This document shows, piece by piece, positions 49,920-62,521 of a stretch of DNA of 64,000 nt. A program made the translations under genes and the position numbers. This DNA comes from Mytilus trossulus (Eukaryota), in the NCBI RefSeq assembly GCF_036588685.1, contig NC_086373.1:25978001-26042000 (forward strand). Reading direction: 5' to 3'. Positions within the stretch are counted from its first letter, which is position 1. Each line of letters begins with the position of its first letter. Below the pieces are notes generated by a model that ran no database searches, had not been told where the DNA came from, and worked only from the letters and a program-made list of their open reading frames with translations.

Positions 49920-51793
49920 ATACCCAAGCATCCTTGAAATCGCAACAGGCTCCGTTATAGGATCTTGTTGTGATTTCAAGGATGTTTTTTTTTTGTCCAT
50001 TCGATTGTTACGGTAAACCATGTATATATAACACTTGGGCATACCTTTATCCGATACAATATACGGTTACGGTAAACCTACGTGTTATCAATCAATTTTA
50101 CATTCTCATCTTCTTTGTTTCAACAAACTCATTCTATTTTCATTTTAATAAACTTACTGTGACGTGAGTTAAGCATTGTTTGTTTTCTGAAAAACCTTGA
50201 ATGGCTGCAGAGAAACAGAAAATTAGAACGCTTAAGTTACGACATAGTCTATTTATTAATTGTTATTCAAGTTTACCACTTGACCGCACAATCCCGTAGC
50301 AAAGCAAGCTGTTTTCATAGGTTTGGGAAGAAATGGAAAACAAGTTGACTCTAACAATCCTCTTACTTTCTTTGTATTGAGATTCGGGTTTGTAACCGAT
50401 TCCATGTGGTTACGGTAAACAAGAATTTATGGTCAGTCCATAGTTATATATTTTGTTGAATCATGTTCTAATCCCAATAACTTAAATATGGGTGCAATCA
50501 ACAGTTTTTTTCTATGACGTCATGTTTTGAGGGACCATGCATATGTGACCCTTACTGGTGGACTGATTAATAAAGATACTTGTATAAAACTAGATATCAC
50601 TGGAATCAGAATGTTCTCTAGTTTATAATGAAATAAAAATAATGTGTACTTTTAATATATTATAAAAATTTCATCCAAGGAACATGGGGGAAAATAAGTA
50701 TAATTTTAACATAAAAAACTTGAAATCAGGTCCAATCTCCCATACAGACAGAGTTATCGTCCTTTCCTCCTCAATCTATGGGAGATTGAATCAGGTCAAG
50801 TGCACACCCATGAAGACATGATCCATGCACATTTTTCATAATCAAAACTGTATGAATTTTGTAGGTTTTTACCTGGCCTTTCAAAAAAATCTTGTTTCAG
50901 GGTACGGTTTCCTGCTCCGAAAAGAGCTACAGTGGCTGCAAATAAGTTTTCAATTTTCACTGCTAAAAAAACAGACTGTTTACAGTGTTGTCTCCCCTCG
51001 AAACATGTTTATTTAATATAATTTTTAAAATTATTTCAATCATTCAACCTGTTTTAATTGAAAGCTATTTAACTAATTTTTACAATCAAATACAAAAAAC
51101 ATGATACTTTTTCACCAAGTCAGTAAATAAACAGGGGTTTTCCTCCATGGTTATTTTTAGACGGGGAATAACCCCTAGTTTTTAGTACGAAACTGTTTAT
51201 GGCTTAACTTGAATACATTTTATATATTCATATTTATATTTCATTTTTTTTTTAAAGATGTGTTAATCCTTTTAAATGTAATGTAGATCAAAAGTAATTG
51301 TCAATAAATAAATCGATCATCCTTATATATCAAACATGTAAAATATACATTTGTGTATTCAATTATGAGGTCAAATAGTTGTGTATTGAGATTTTTATTT
51401 GGTCTGTACAATTATGTAACACTGATGTTGATAAGTAATGTGGTCAATTTAATTAACAGTTCAGGAGTTGGGGCATTGTAATTTAAAGTCAACCTTGTCC
51501 CTTGTTTGGTGATAATGACAGTTGTCAACAATCATACTAGTTTTGTATCAATACTCATTTACCTAATCAAAATGCTTAAAAAAAGCCAACACATCAACAC
51601 ACCTTAATAACATACATTCTTAAAAAAACTGCTCCAAAAATATACCCATTTTTCACAGTTTATATGTGTATTATGTGCACATACATGAGAACTATATTTC
51701 AGTGTGAATACATGCAGTTATAGTAGCTAACCTGTCGTGTTGTTAGGGAGGCCAGTGCCTATGCAAAGATTAAGATCAAGTTCCAACCTTTCC

Positions 51794-52231
51794 AAAAACG
51801 GCCTCATGTCTGTTGAAGCCACCCTCTCTGTCTTCTCTCAAGTTGTCAAAGCAGTCGAATACTGCCACTCAAATGGAATCGCCCACAATGACATTAAATT
51901 AGAAAACGTCTTGTTATCTAATGGATGTGTCAAACTGGCTGATTTTGGATTTGCCAAATCAACCCTTGTTGTTGCCGAATCTGAAGAATTTTGTGGAACA
52001 CAATACCACGAAAGCCGACATGTGGAGTATGGGAGTTATGCTCTACTTGATGCTCTTATAGTGACGCAACCTCTAGACTCAAATCTCAAACACCCTCTCT
52101 TTCCCTGAAGTTTTCCATCTCTAACGAAGTATTCCGTAAAGTTGCAATTAAAAAAGTTTAAAGCTTTCCTCCTCTTCAAACACGAAAACATTGTCAAAGC
52201 CATTGAAATCATCGAAGCCGAAGAATTTGCC
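51794..52231 (+). pseudogene. Decayed, rearranged kinase remnant (C-terminal part followed by N-terminal part)
   Basis: 51794-52107 covers KNGLM..LSFP with several deletions; 52105-52231 covers EVF..EEFA with substitutions and a deletion. Confidence 0.9.
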
Positions 52232-52255
52232 ATTGGATGTTGGATGTGTACGGAT

Positions 52256-52810
52256 TAATAATTTAGTCTTAGATGCATTATTTTTTATTAGTTGTTAGTG
52301 GCTTTGAACTAGCGGTCAGTTAACTGCCAGTACTCTCAGATCTGTTCCTAGTGTCTATTTGTTGTTTGGATGTACAAGTATCTGGCCTCGTTCACTTGTA
52401 TTTTGGTCCTCTGATGAGTTAAGCCTTTTTCAACTGATTTTTATAGTTTGTTCTTATGTTGTACTGATATGGTTAGGGGGAATGTTGAGATTCCCCTAAC
52501 ATGTTTAACCCTGCCACATTATGTATGTATGTGCCTGTCCCAAGTCAGGAGCCTATAATTTAGTGGTTGTAGTTTGTTTATGTGTTACAGTTTTTTTTAG
52601 TTCATTTTTTTGTATCAATAAGGCCATTAGTTTTCTCGTTTGAATTGTTTTACATTGTCATTTCAGGGCCTTTTATAGCTGACTATGCGGTATGGGCTTT
52701 GTTCATTGTTGAAGGCTGTACAGTGACCTACAGTTGTTAATTTCTGTTTCATTTTGGTCTCTTGTGGAGATTTGTCTCATTGGCAATTATACCACATCTT
52801 CTTTTTTATA
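52256..52810 (-). repeat. Longer copy of the AGAAGATGTGGTAT..GCCAATGAGACA interspersed family
   Basis: The reverse complement of 52620-52810 aligns with 20021-20220 and 6075-6210. Confidence 0.7.
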
Positions 52811-53164
52811 TCAGGTGATACTTCTTCATTGTGAAATTTAAAGTAAGGGAAATACAGAAGGATAAATAAAGAGACTGACATGTGAACTACTACATACCCC
52901 TAACTGAGATTAGTAGGGGCATCAAACAAACACAGTAACAAGTAAATAACAGTTTAATCTGTTAAGTATCTCTTGAAAACATACACGAATATGACACAAA
53001 CTATTTGACATGACATACATATTCTTGATCATCATGTAACTTTTTGTAATAAATATTCAACTGAATGGTCATTAACTATTGTACTGAAGTAATTTCAGAT
53101 TTGTCAGTGGTCTATATATAAATCATGTCCTTCTACAAGTTTTTTATCACATTGTTTATTCTTC

Positions 53165-56100
53165 TCACTTCTTCTTGGCAGCTGCATCTTTTGCAGCTTT
53201 CTTGGCTCGTATAATTTCAACCAATTCCTGTAAAATATAGGCAAATTTTAATACTGTTCAATTCTTTATTTTTGAGAAGTATAAATTAAATATCTTTGGC
53301 AAAATTTTCTAATTGACATAACTAGAGGCTCTCAAGAGGCTGGGTCTCTCACCTGTATTTACCAATGCTTTAAAAATCATGCAAAATAAGGTTAAAATTA
53401 AAATTAATAGTATTAGATAAATCTATAATGGTATGTAAGATAATAGCAAAAAAAAAGCTTCGCTGAGCCCAGGCTGATACAACCACAGAAGTCGAACCCT
53501 ATACAGTTGGGGCAAATTTTGACACAATATTCAAGCTTGATACTGTCTGAATTTGAATTGTGATCAATTTTTTTTTTTTACATAAAACAGAAAATAAATG
53601 GTCAAAGAGTATACAAATGTAATGTCCAGTACTTTGCAATTGGAGATATCTTCTTATAACTTTAAAAAAAATAATTAACAAGAGGCTGTCACAACGACAG
53701 CAAACTGGATTTATTAACATTTATTTGTGTCCTGGCAATATCACAAGAACCATTACGTACTGATGAATGGTGAAAGTGAAAATCGTCAATATCAAATTTG
53801 ACCTCCATTTTGTCATCAGTATCAAACATATTAAAATTTGAAAAGATTAGATTGAATGGTTCATGAGTAAATGCAACAACATGAATGGAAACGCCATTTT
53901 ACGATCTTTCAAGAACCATACCTCCTGAACGGTAAAAGTCAAAATCTTCATTATTGAACTTGACCTCTACTTCGTCATCAGTAACAAAATAATATAAAAT
54001 TTTCAAAAGCTTTGGTTGAATGGTTCATGAGAAAATGCACAGACACGACTGGAAACACCTTTGTTCAATCTTTCACGAACCATAACTCCTGAACGGTAAA
54101 AGTCAAAATCGTCATTATTGAACTTGACCTCCATTTTGTCATCAGTAACAACATGTTAAAATTCGGGAAGCTTTGGTAGAACAGTTCATGCGTAAATGCA
54201 CGGACACGACTGGAAACTCCATTTTTCAATCTTTCAAAAACCATAACTCCTGAACGGTAAAAGTCAATATCGCCATTATTGAACTTGACCTTCATTTAGT
54301 TGTCAGTAACAACATATGAAAATCTTAAAAGCTTTGGTTGAACAGTTCATGAGTTAATGCACGGACAACATTTGATTGCCGCCCGCCCGCCCAACCGGCT
54401 GCCCGCCGTACATCCCCAAATCAATAACTGACATTTTTGTCACAAAAATCCGGTTATAAATTAAAAAAAAATATTTGAATCCATTTATAAAATCCCCCTG
54501 CCCCCAAACATTTAGAATCCCACCCATGAAGCAATTACCCCCAAACTCAATTCCAGCCTCTCCTTTGTAATGTGGACCATTGTACATGTAGTACAATTTC
54601 AGAAAGATCCATACACTTAAACACAAGTTATTGTCTGGAGCCTAGATAAATGCTTGTTTTTGGCCCCTAATTCCTGCATGTTTGGGGCAATAGACAACTT
54701 TTGAGTCCCATGCATTTCAGTCAAAGACTTTGGTTTTAGTAAACATCATTCATGCGTTTAGGGGCGTTGTCATTTCCGTTCCAATGTTGAGCAAGTAGTT
54801 GGAAAACAATTAAGTTATATTGCACAAATTAATCAGCAAATTGAATTTTCATAATTGTCTTTCAGCACTGTTGTCATTAGGGAATTATGATTAAGTACAT
54901 AGAGAACAAATATTATTTTTATTTTATTCTGCACAATGATGATCACTGAGACGCTTGATGAACATTTATAGAGCAGGGATACAGGCAAACCTCTCTATCT
55001 GGTAAGTGACGTCATAAAGGCGAGAATAATTGACGATTTTTTTCCGTGACAGACAAACTCAAAAGTGGTCTATTATCCCTCAACTCAATCCCAGCCTCTA
55101 TGTATGGGATCTTGTAGTACAATTTCAGAGAGATTCATATACTTTAACACAAGTTATAGTCTGGAAACTAGATAAATCCTTGTTGGACCTTTTTTGGCCC
55201 CTAATACCTACATGGTTGGGGCAATTACCCCCAAACTCAATCCCAGACTTCCCTTTGTGATATGGAACCTTGTGGTACAATGTCAGAGAAATCCATACCT
55301 TACACACAAGTAATTGTCTGGAAACTACAAAAATGCTTATTTTCTAAATTCTCTTCGTTCAAACGAACATAAATTATTTGTAATCTAGACTATATAATTT
55401 CTATATACTGTCAGCACAATCTGTTTCTTATCATTCATAATAGAAATAACTAAAACACTAGTTGTAGAACTTGTCAGGCACGATGACCATTCTTTATAAT
55501 GGTCAACGCCCTTATCTATAATTTCAAATCCAGTACACCGTATTTAAATACATTTTTGTACACTCAGGTTCCTTAAACCAGTTACAATTCTATTACTAGA
55601 ATTTTATTATATTAATAGAATTATCATACGATAAAATTTCTCTGCCACGTTCATAAATATATATTTATTTTTGGCCCTTTAATTCCTTAACTGTTGGCAC
55701 CATAATCCACTAAAATGAAACCCAACCTTCTAATTGTGGTACAGTAGACTCCACCTAATCGGATATCGGCTAAACGAATATATCGGCTATTGTAATATTA
55801 TTTCAAAACACCGAACCATTCCCTATACATTTCAGTCAAAATATATCGGATAATCGAAAATCGGTTATTAGAATATATCGGCTAATTGGATAGGAATATT
55901 CATGAAAAATGTGTGAAACCATGTACAATCGAATATTTTGAAATAATTTCATATTTTTCTTGACAGGAAATGAAGCCGGAAGTTGCGCCATTACGAAGTT
56001 TAAGAAAATTTCAGTACAGAAATGTTTCATTTTATTAATAAAACGATCTTTTATAGTCAAATAAAACATGTTTCTTCTTGTTGTCTTGTTTATTTTATGA

Positions 56101-59100
56101 ATCTGATATTATATTTTGCCTAAGATGTGTTTGTTATGTGTTTATCAAAATGTGATCGTTATCATTAAATTTACTCACAAACAAGGACACGACAGAAATA
56201 ATAAACTGTGCGTGATGTTCATCAATAATTATTAAATATGAATGAAAAGTACCTCTTTCTCAACAATTTATTAAAATATATATAAAAGTCCCGTGTAAAA
56301 ATAAGGAATCGTGTGTCAATAGTATATCCCAGGTGAAATAGAATTATGTAACTTGTACACATGTACGCCATTTTCCTAATTGACATAATATTCAGCCTTT
56401 TATTTTGAACCACGGCAGAAATGATAGAAAAGTAAATTAATTTTCCTCATCTTGATGTCCAATTTTATAATCATAAAAGTAGTTGTATTACTTGAAATGG
56501 AAATGTGTTTCATAAATAAAAAACTGTAGAAAATTAGATCAGAGTTCGATCACCTTCTTAAGCTATTAATAGATTTACCTGTGGCCTACTTCCGAGAATT
56601 CATAGTTATTTTTAGCTTTTACCTGTTTTAACACACAAATGAAACAAATCACGCAAAAACAACAAGTCTCATTATTTAAGAGGTACATATTATATTCAGA
56701 TAATCAACACATAATTAAAAAATCAACAGACTGACAGTTAAACAAAATACATTGTAATCAACTGATCGATCTATTACTCAATCAACCGATTTATCCGAAC
56801 TTGTACCTGAAAAAAACATTGAGATTAGTTACATATTTCCATTAATAATGCAGCTATAATAGCTATGGGTATCTTAGGGTTGTGTCTGTCAATTTAAAAA
56901 AACAAACTTGGAGGAATATACGTTCATCGGCTAATTGAATATATCGGACAATCGGATATTTTTAGCTGACATTTTGGGTATCCGATTGGCCGGAGTCTAC
57001 TGTATAAAACATTGTGGTACAATTTCAGAGCAATCGAAATACTTATACACAAGCTATTACCCAGAAATTAAAAATGCTTGTTTTGGGCTCCTTATTCGTT
57101 TGAAACCATCATCCCCAAAATCGATCCCAACCTTCCTTTTGTGGTATTAAACCTTCTTACAAAATTTCATAGAGATCCATTCACTTAAACTAAAGTTAAC
57201 GTCCCGAAACCAATGTGTCTTTGGACGACAACGCAACCATACCATTATACAATCCCAAAAATATTTTTTGCAGGCATATAAAAACATTCAAAGCTTATTA
57301 CATTTTGATGTGACAACCATGAAATTAAGCTTTTTGTTTTCAGGTTCTTCAGACCATAGGAGCTATAATTTATAAAGTAAGATCTTCCCAAAAACAAAAC
57401 ATGAAATAATAGAAAAACTACTTCAATTTAACATGTTTAAGAGTCCTCAAAATATATTCAAATTGACAGCCTTTATACACAAAAATATGGAATATGGTTA
57501 TTTTTACAAAAACAATAACTGTACAGAGGGCTAAATGATGTTCAACAAATTGCAAAAGAAAGAAAACAATACAAAAGTGTAAATGTCCATTATCTATGCA
57601 TAACAATATAAGTTATTTATTGAAGGGCATTTTCAAATTTTAATGCATGGGGAGCACTCAAATTAACAAATTGTGGGTGGTTACATTTTCTGAAGAATTT
57701 TGTGAGAAACAAAAGAAATATGAAAATTTAATATCAGAAATAGTTTGGGACTAAAATAGTGCCTCCCCATGTAGTAAATCTTGAACTGTTCAGTCCTTAC
57801 ATAATCATAACAATGTATCCTTCCTAGTCATACCTTATATCTTTTCATACAATCTTTCTTACTCCTGGTGGGTAAAGTCTCAGATATCTTTTCCCATCTA
57901 TCACCTACACTGGCAGGAAACGTTTTTAAAGCTTGTTCTAAAATTTTCTGCTCATCTGCTGTCCAAGGTGCTGGGTTTGTCCCAGTTTCCCTAATTTGCT
58001 GCTCGTAAACCTCTACAAACAAAATACCATAAATATGATGACAATGTATTGGCTCAAGCGAAAAATTCAATCTCATTGAGCTGACCATATCTATAAATAT
58101 CGTTTCCAAAAATTTTGATATACCTCAAAATTATTAATGCTACCACAAAAAGCCAGATGATATCATGTGAAATTGGATTTTTCAACAAAACTGACTTCCT
58201 AGATCTGTCCTGGAAAGACACAACTATCATGTCTATAATGAGAAATGTGTTTTGTTATAAAATTCATTCACTATCTTTAGTGACATAATACAAATAACCT
58301 GCAAAATAGACCTCAAGCACAGAAGTAGCAAAGAGAAATTGGGAAGAAGATGAAAAGGCAATAAGTGGAAATAATGAAGAGAACAGTATATCCTTAGAAA
58401 TTCTTAATTTATCCAGGATATGAAGAAAACTATCTTGTTTATAGCATATGTGAATTTTTGTAGATTCCCTGAATGCTTTAGATTCAATAAGCACTTACTT
58501 TCAAACATTTCACTCATAACTTTTTTCATTTGATTGAGCTTCTTTGGTATTTTGAATTTGAGCTTTTTATTTTAGATTCAATAGACACTTACTTTCAAAC
58601 CTTTCACTGGTAACTCCTTCCTTTGGTTGAGCTTCACAAGTTACTTTGGATTTCTGCTGAGTCTCAAATTTTTCAAATGCTTTCTTGTCTGCCTCCATTT
58701 TCAGAACAAAATCTGGAAATTCATAAGAAATTGAAAGTATTAAGTAAGTATACAAACAAAGATTTTCTGTCACATGCAAAAATTGTAAAATCGTAAATCT
58801 ACAAAACTAAACATGGATTTCTGCAAAAACTATATTTGAGATCTTTTGTTTGTTTGTTAGTGTCTTGAAGATAAAATTAAGTTGCATAGTTCTGTAGTTT
58901 TTAACATCATTCTAGCTTTATTCTTGATATTGATGATCAAGTCTGTTTCTCTTCATCCTCAATAAACATGCATGACATATTTGCCACTGGACATTAAGCA
59001 ACCAACAATCAATCAATCAATGTTTTTTCTACAAATATTGAACAGTATAAACTTAAGACATCCCTATCATTGCAAGGCCAATCATATCAAAATATCTGTT

Positions 59101-62100
59101 GTTTAGTTCTGTCATTCTTCTGTTGTCAACATATACCATACAAACTAACTGCCTCGCTACTATTGTTAGTAAATAGTCAACATATACCATACAAACTAAC
59201 TCCCTCGCTACTATTGTTAGTAAATAGTCAACAAATTACTCTTTTTATATCTTTAACAATGTTTATCAGAACATACCATTTTTCTGTAAATCTTTAGCCT
59301 TGGCTAACACATCCTTAGCACCTTTATTGCTATCTGTTATGTGTTGTTTGATGAATTTAGAGATTACTTCCCATCTAAAAAACATGAATAGAAATAATAT
59401 CTAAATATCATTGGAGAAACAGATTTCCCTGTCCATCTCAAGCTTAATGACATTTCTAGACTTAACAAGCCTCTTAGAATAAAATAGGAAATTTAAATGT
59501 GTATATGAGTCAGGGCTTCCAAAATGGTCATATATTCCGGTCATTTGTATAATGTCCGGTAAAGGTCAGGCTGGGCAAAGCATGAAACGGTCATCTACTT
59601 TTTAGTTTTCAAGGCTTTTTCGTTCATTTTAACATAATTCATGATCTTTTTGACCCAACCTTTTGCTTTTAACATCCACACATTTCCAGTCATATAAGTG
59701 ACCTGATGATTAATTACTATCAAAACAACCCCTTCTTCAATAATTTATAATTTTAATCAAGGCTTATTAGTTGTTGGACAGCTGAAATCTACCTGTTCAG
59801 GTGACTGGTAAACTATTTTCAATACCAGACATCATAAAAATTATCAGTCTATTTACAATTATTTTCTTACATTTCAGCGGTTTGTATCTAATTGATCTAG
59901 TAAAAAAGATTAAAATTATAAGAAATTAGTTATCAACATGATTTGATGAAAAAATTAAAAAGGTTTTAAATGAAAACTCGTCAGAACTACGTTGTATGAA
60001 CTAGAACATGTGTGCTCAGGTGGGAAATTTAATTATGCAACCTACATTTCTTTAAAAATGCAAAAATTATCATTGATACCTGTATCTAACGTTCATTTCA
60101 AGTATTTTGTTGAAGAAATAACGTGGAAAGAGCTTCTTCACTCAGTCGTGGGTTGAAACGTACACAAATTTTACATATACATTTATGGTCCATATTTTAA
60201 CGTTGACTTGTCAAGTCAACATCCAGTTTAGGAAAATGTAATTTTAAAAACTAAAGTAAAGTTTTTGACAATGTCATTTTGCACAAATAAAGAGTCTGAG
60301 GCAGATATGAGCATGCTGATGTGCACACTATGAATGATGCACTGCCAATCTTTTTTTTTAATCTAATGTCAACCATTGGAATGGCCAACTGATTACCATA
60401 ATTGCCTTTTGTGACTAAGTTTTAAGGGATTAAAATCGGGATCAGATAAAAAATGTTCGGCTGGCTCAAATATTTTTTGGAAGCCCTGATATGAATGAAG
60501 AAATAGTGCATCACATTTGACGCCATGGTAAAATCTATACATACACAAATCTCCTTGGCCTATAAACAGCTCGACAGAGAATCATGTATTTTATTAATAT
60601 TAGTTGACTAATAAACTATCTTTCATAGATATTTCCAAATATTCCAAAAGTAAAAGGTGGTTACCATTCTCATTTTACTTATGAGGAACTTGACTGGAAG
60701 TTTTTTAATCCAACAATTTATCAAGAAATACAAAGATAAATCTGATTTTCTTACAAACTCTTTATACAGATCTCACAGAGGTAAGCTGTTCTTTGCTTAA
60801 GTCACTGATACTCTATATTACTGTTCATGACATGCCATGAACATCCATAACCCCTCCCCCCAAAAAACTTCTATAAACTAACCTATCTTTTGTTCCTGCA
60901 GGAAACAAATTAACTCCCTTGATAAGTGCCTGTATTTCTGATTCACTCCAAAGTTTTCCTTTTGCCTGTGATCCCTCTCCTGATGATTGTTTATGAATAA
61001 CTTCCATTTGTTTCTTTTTCTCTTCCTCTGTCAGTCTATTTAGTTCTTCAACCTGTTTGCAAATAAATTTCATTTACCTTCTACTTGTGTCTTTTAAAAA
61101 AGGAACTTACTGCCAAATATTTTCTCAATTATTTTTTGTAAAATAAAACAAATTTAAACAAGAATGTGTCCATAGTACACGGATGCCCCACTCACACTAT
61201 CATTTTCTATGTTCAGTGGACCGTGAAATTGGGGTCAAAACTTTAATTTGGAATTAAAATTAGAAATATCATATCATGGGGAACATGTGTACTAAGTTTC
61301 AAGTTGATTGGACTTCAACTTCATCAAAAACTACCTTGACCAAAAACTTTAACCTGAAATTCACACTATCATTTTCTATGTTCAGTGAACCATGCAATTG
61401 GGGTCAAAACTATAATTTGGCATTAAAATTAGAAAGATCATATCATGGGGAACATGTGTACTAAGTTTCAAGTTGATTGGACTTCAACTTCATCAAAAAC
61501 TACCTTGACCAAAAACTTTAACCTGAATTTCACACTATCATTTTCTATGTTCAGTGAACCATGAAATTGGGGTCAAAACTGTAATTTGGCATTAAAATTA
61601 GAAAGATCATATAATGGGGAACATGTGTACTACGTTTCAAGTTGATTGGACTTCAACTTCATCAAAAACTACCTTGACCAAAAACTTTAACCTGAACGCA
61701 CAGACGAACGAACAAACGAACGGAGGCACAGACCAGAAAACATAACGCCCCTCTACTATCGTAGGTGGGGCATAAAAAGAATATGTCCCTAGTACACAGA
61801 TGCCCCATCCACACTATCATTTTCTATGTTCAGTGGACCATGAAAATGGGTTGATAACTCTAATTTGCATCAAAATTAGAAAGATCATATCATAGGGAAC
61901 ATGTGTACTAAATTTTAAGTTGATTGGACTTCAACTTCATCAAAAACTACCTTGACCAAAAACTTTAACCTGAAGTGGGACAGACAGACAAACAGACGGA
62001 CCAACGCACAGACCAGAAAACATAATGCCCATAAATGGGGCATAATTTCAAAAATGAGACAACAGTACTTACAACTTATTTAATTAGCATCAATTATTCA

Positions 62101-62521
62101 CAAATCCTAAAACAATCTTAAAACAATGTATTTCAAAACCTTCATGTTAGCTAGCACAGCAGAATCTGCTAATTGTATCAGAGCACCTGAGGAAACCCAA
62201 GTTTTTGTTGGCTCAGTCCTTAATTTTCTATGTAATGATCTTAGTCTTTTTTTCCTCTTTCATTTTTTTGCCATGGGATTGTCAGTTTGTCTTCAATATA
62301 TGAGTATTGAATGCTGCCTTTCTTTTCCATTATCATCCAATGATTTATCAGCAAACAAAGACTGTGAATGTTTAAATACCTTGTAGCAAAGATTGACTTC
62401 ACATGTTAATATCAATTAAGGAAATCAAAGAGATCTTAAACACTTCCATACCTCTCTTAAAAATGCTGCTTTTGCTTTAGATTCATCCCCTGATGTTAGC
62501 TCTTGATTCAGGGACTGCAAT
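53165..62521 (-). CDS. DNAJC2: DnaJ homolog subfamily C member 2 (ZRF1/MPP11), last six coding exons with two SANT/Myb domains
   Basis: Phase-consistent exons 62521-62452, 61052-60883, 59374-59277, 58712-58593, 58012-57834 and 53227-53165 (TGA). Peptides: [23 protein letters not shown]|[49 protein letters not shown]|[12 protein letters not shown]. Confidence 0.95.
53677..54459 (-). mobile_element. Nested HINE/pearl-like element with ~180-bp internal repeats
   Basis: AACAAGAGGCTGTCACAACGACAGC hairpin end, repeated CTCCTGAACGGTAAAAGTCAA blocks, (CCGC)n microsatellite, CCGGTTATAAA end. Confidence 0.7.
55742..57002. mobile_element. Tc1/mariner-pogo-type MITE (~1.26 kb)
   Basis: TA|CAGTAGACTCC ... 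GGAGTCTACTG|TA with repeated subterminal ATATCGG motifs. Confidence 0.85.
59125..59233. repeat. 51-bp tandem duplication in a DNAJC2 intron
   Basis: GTCAACATATACCATACAAACTAACT(G/C)CCTCGCTACTATTGTTAGTAAATA twice, plus GTCAACA. Confidence 0.9.
59511..60488. mobile_element. hAT-type MITE, second copy
   Basis: Same TIRs as 10125-11131; 8-bp TSD ATATGAGT/ATATGAAT with one mismatch. Confidence 0.88.
61157..62045 (-). mobile_element. Two adjacent family A elements, the first with three ~170-bp core repeats
   Basis: AACAAGAATGTGTCC start, three CACACTATCATTTTCTATG..AACTTTAACCTGAA cores, GGGGCATAA ends at ~61775 and ~62045. Confidence 0.8.

Larger units (their letters stand above)
23457..50489 (+). 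repeat. Tandem array of 16 ~1.72-kb kinase-gene units
   Basis: ATG-to-ATG periods 1711, 1711, 1726, 1726, 1727, 1713, 1725, 1726, 1701, 1726, 1713, 1713, 1727, 1726 bp; units differ by only a few SNPs and indels. Confidence 0.98.
53320..57283 (-). mobile_element. Degenerate family-B-like HINE nest in the last DNAJC2 intron
   Basis: 53455-53570 resembles 20370-20480; 57060-57283 resembles 22050-22305; interrupted by other elements. Boundaries are approximate. Confidence 0.55.

Noticed and set aside
23457-50489. CRISPR-like array, integrated virus concatemer, or pure assembly artefact
   Set aside because: No variable spacers or cas genes, and no Rep or capsid ORF. Position-clustered shared indels and decayed edge copies argue against an artefact, although the exact copy number needs read support.
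20021-52810. Inverted copies of one repeat family flanking the array, as TIRs of a giant transposon
   Set aside because: The copies are diverged, differ in length and have no TSD; the same family also occurs at 3.4, 6.1 and 11.7 kb.
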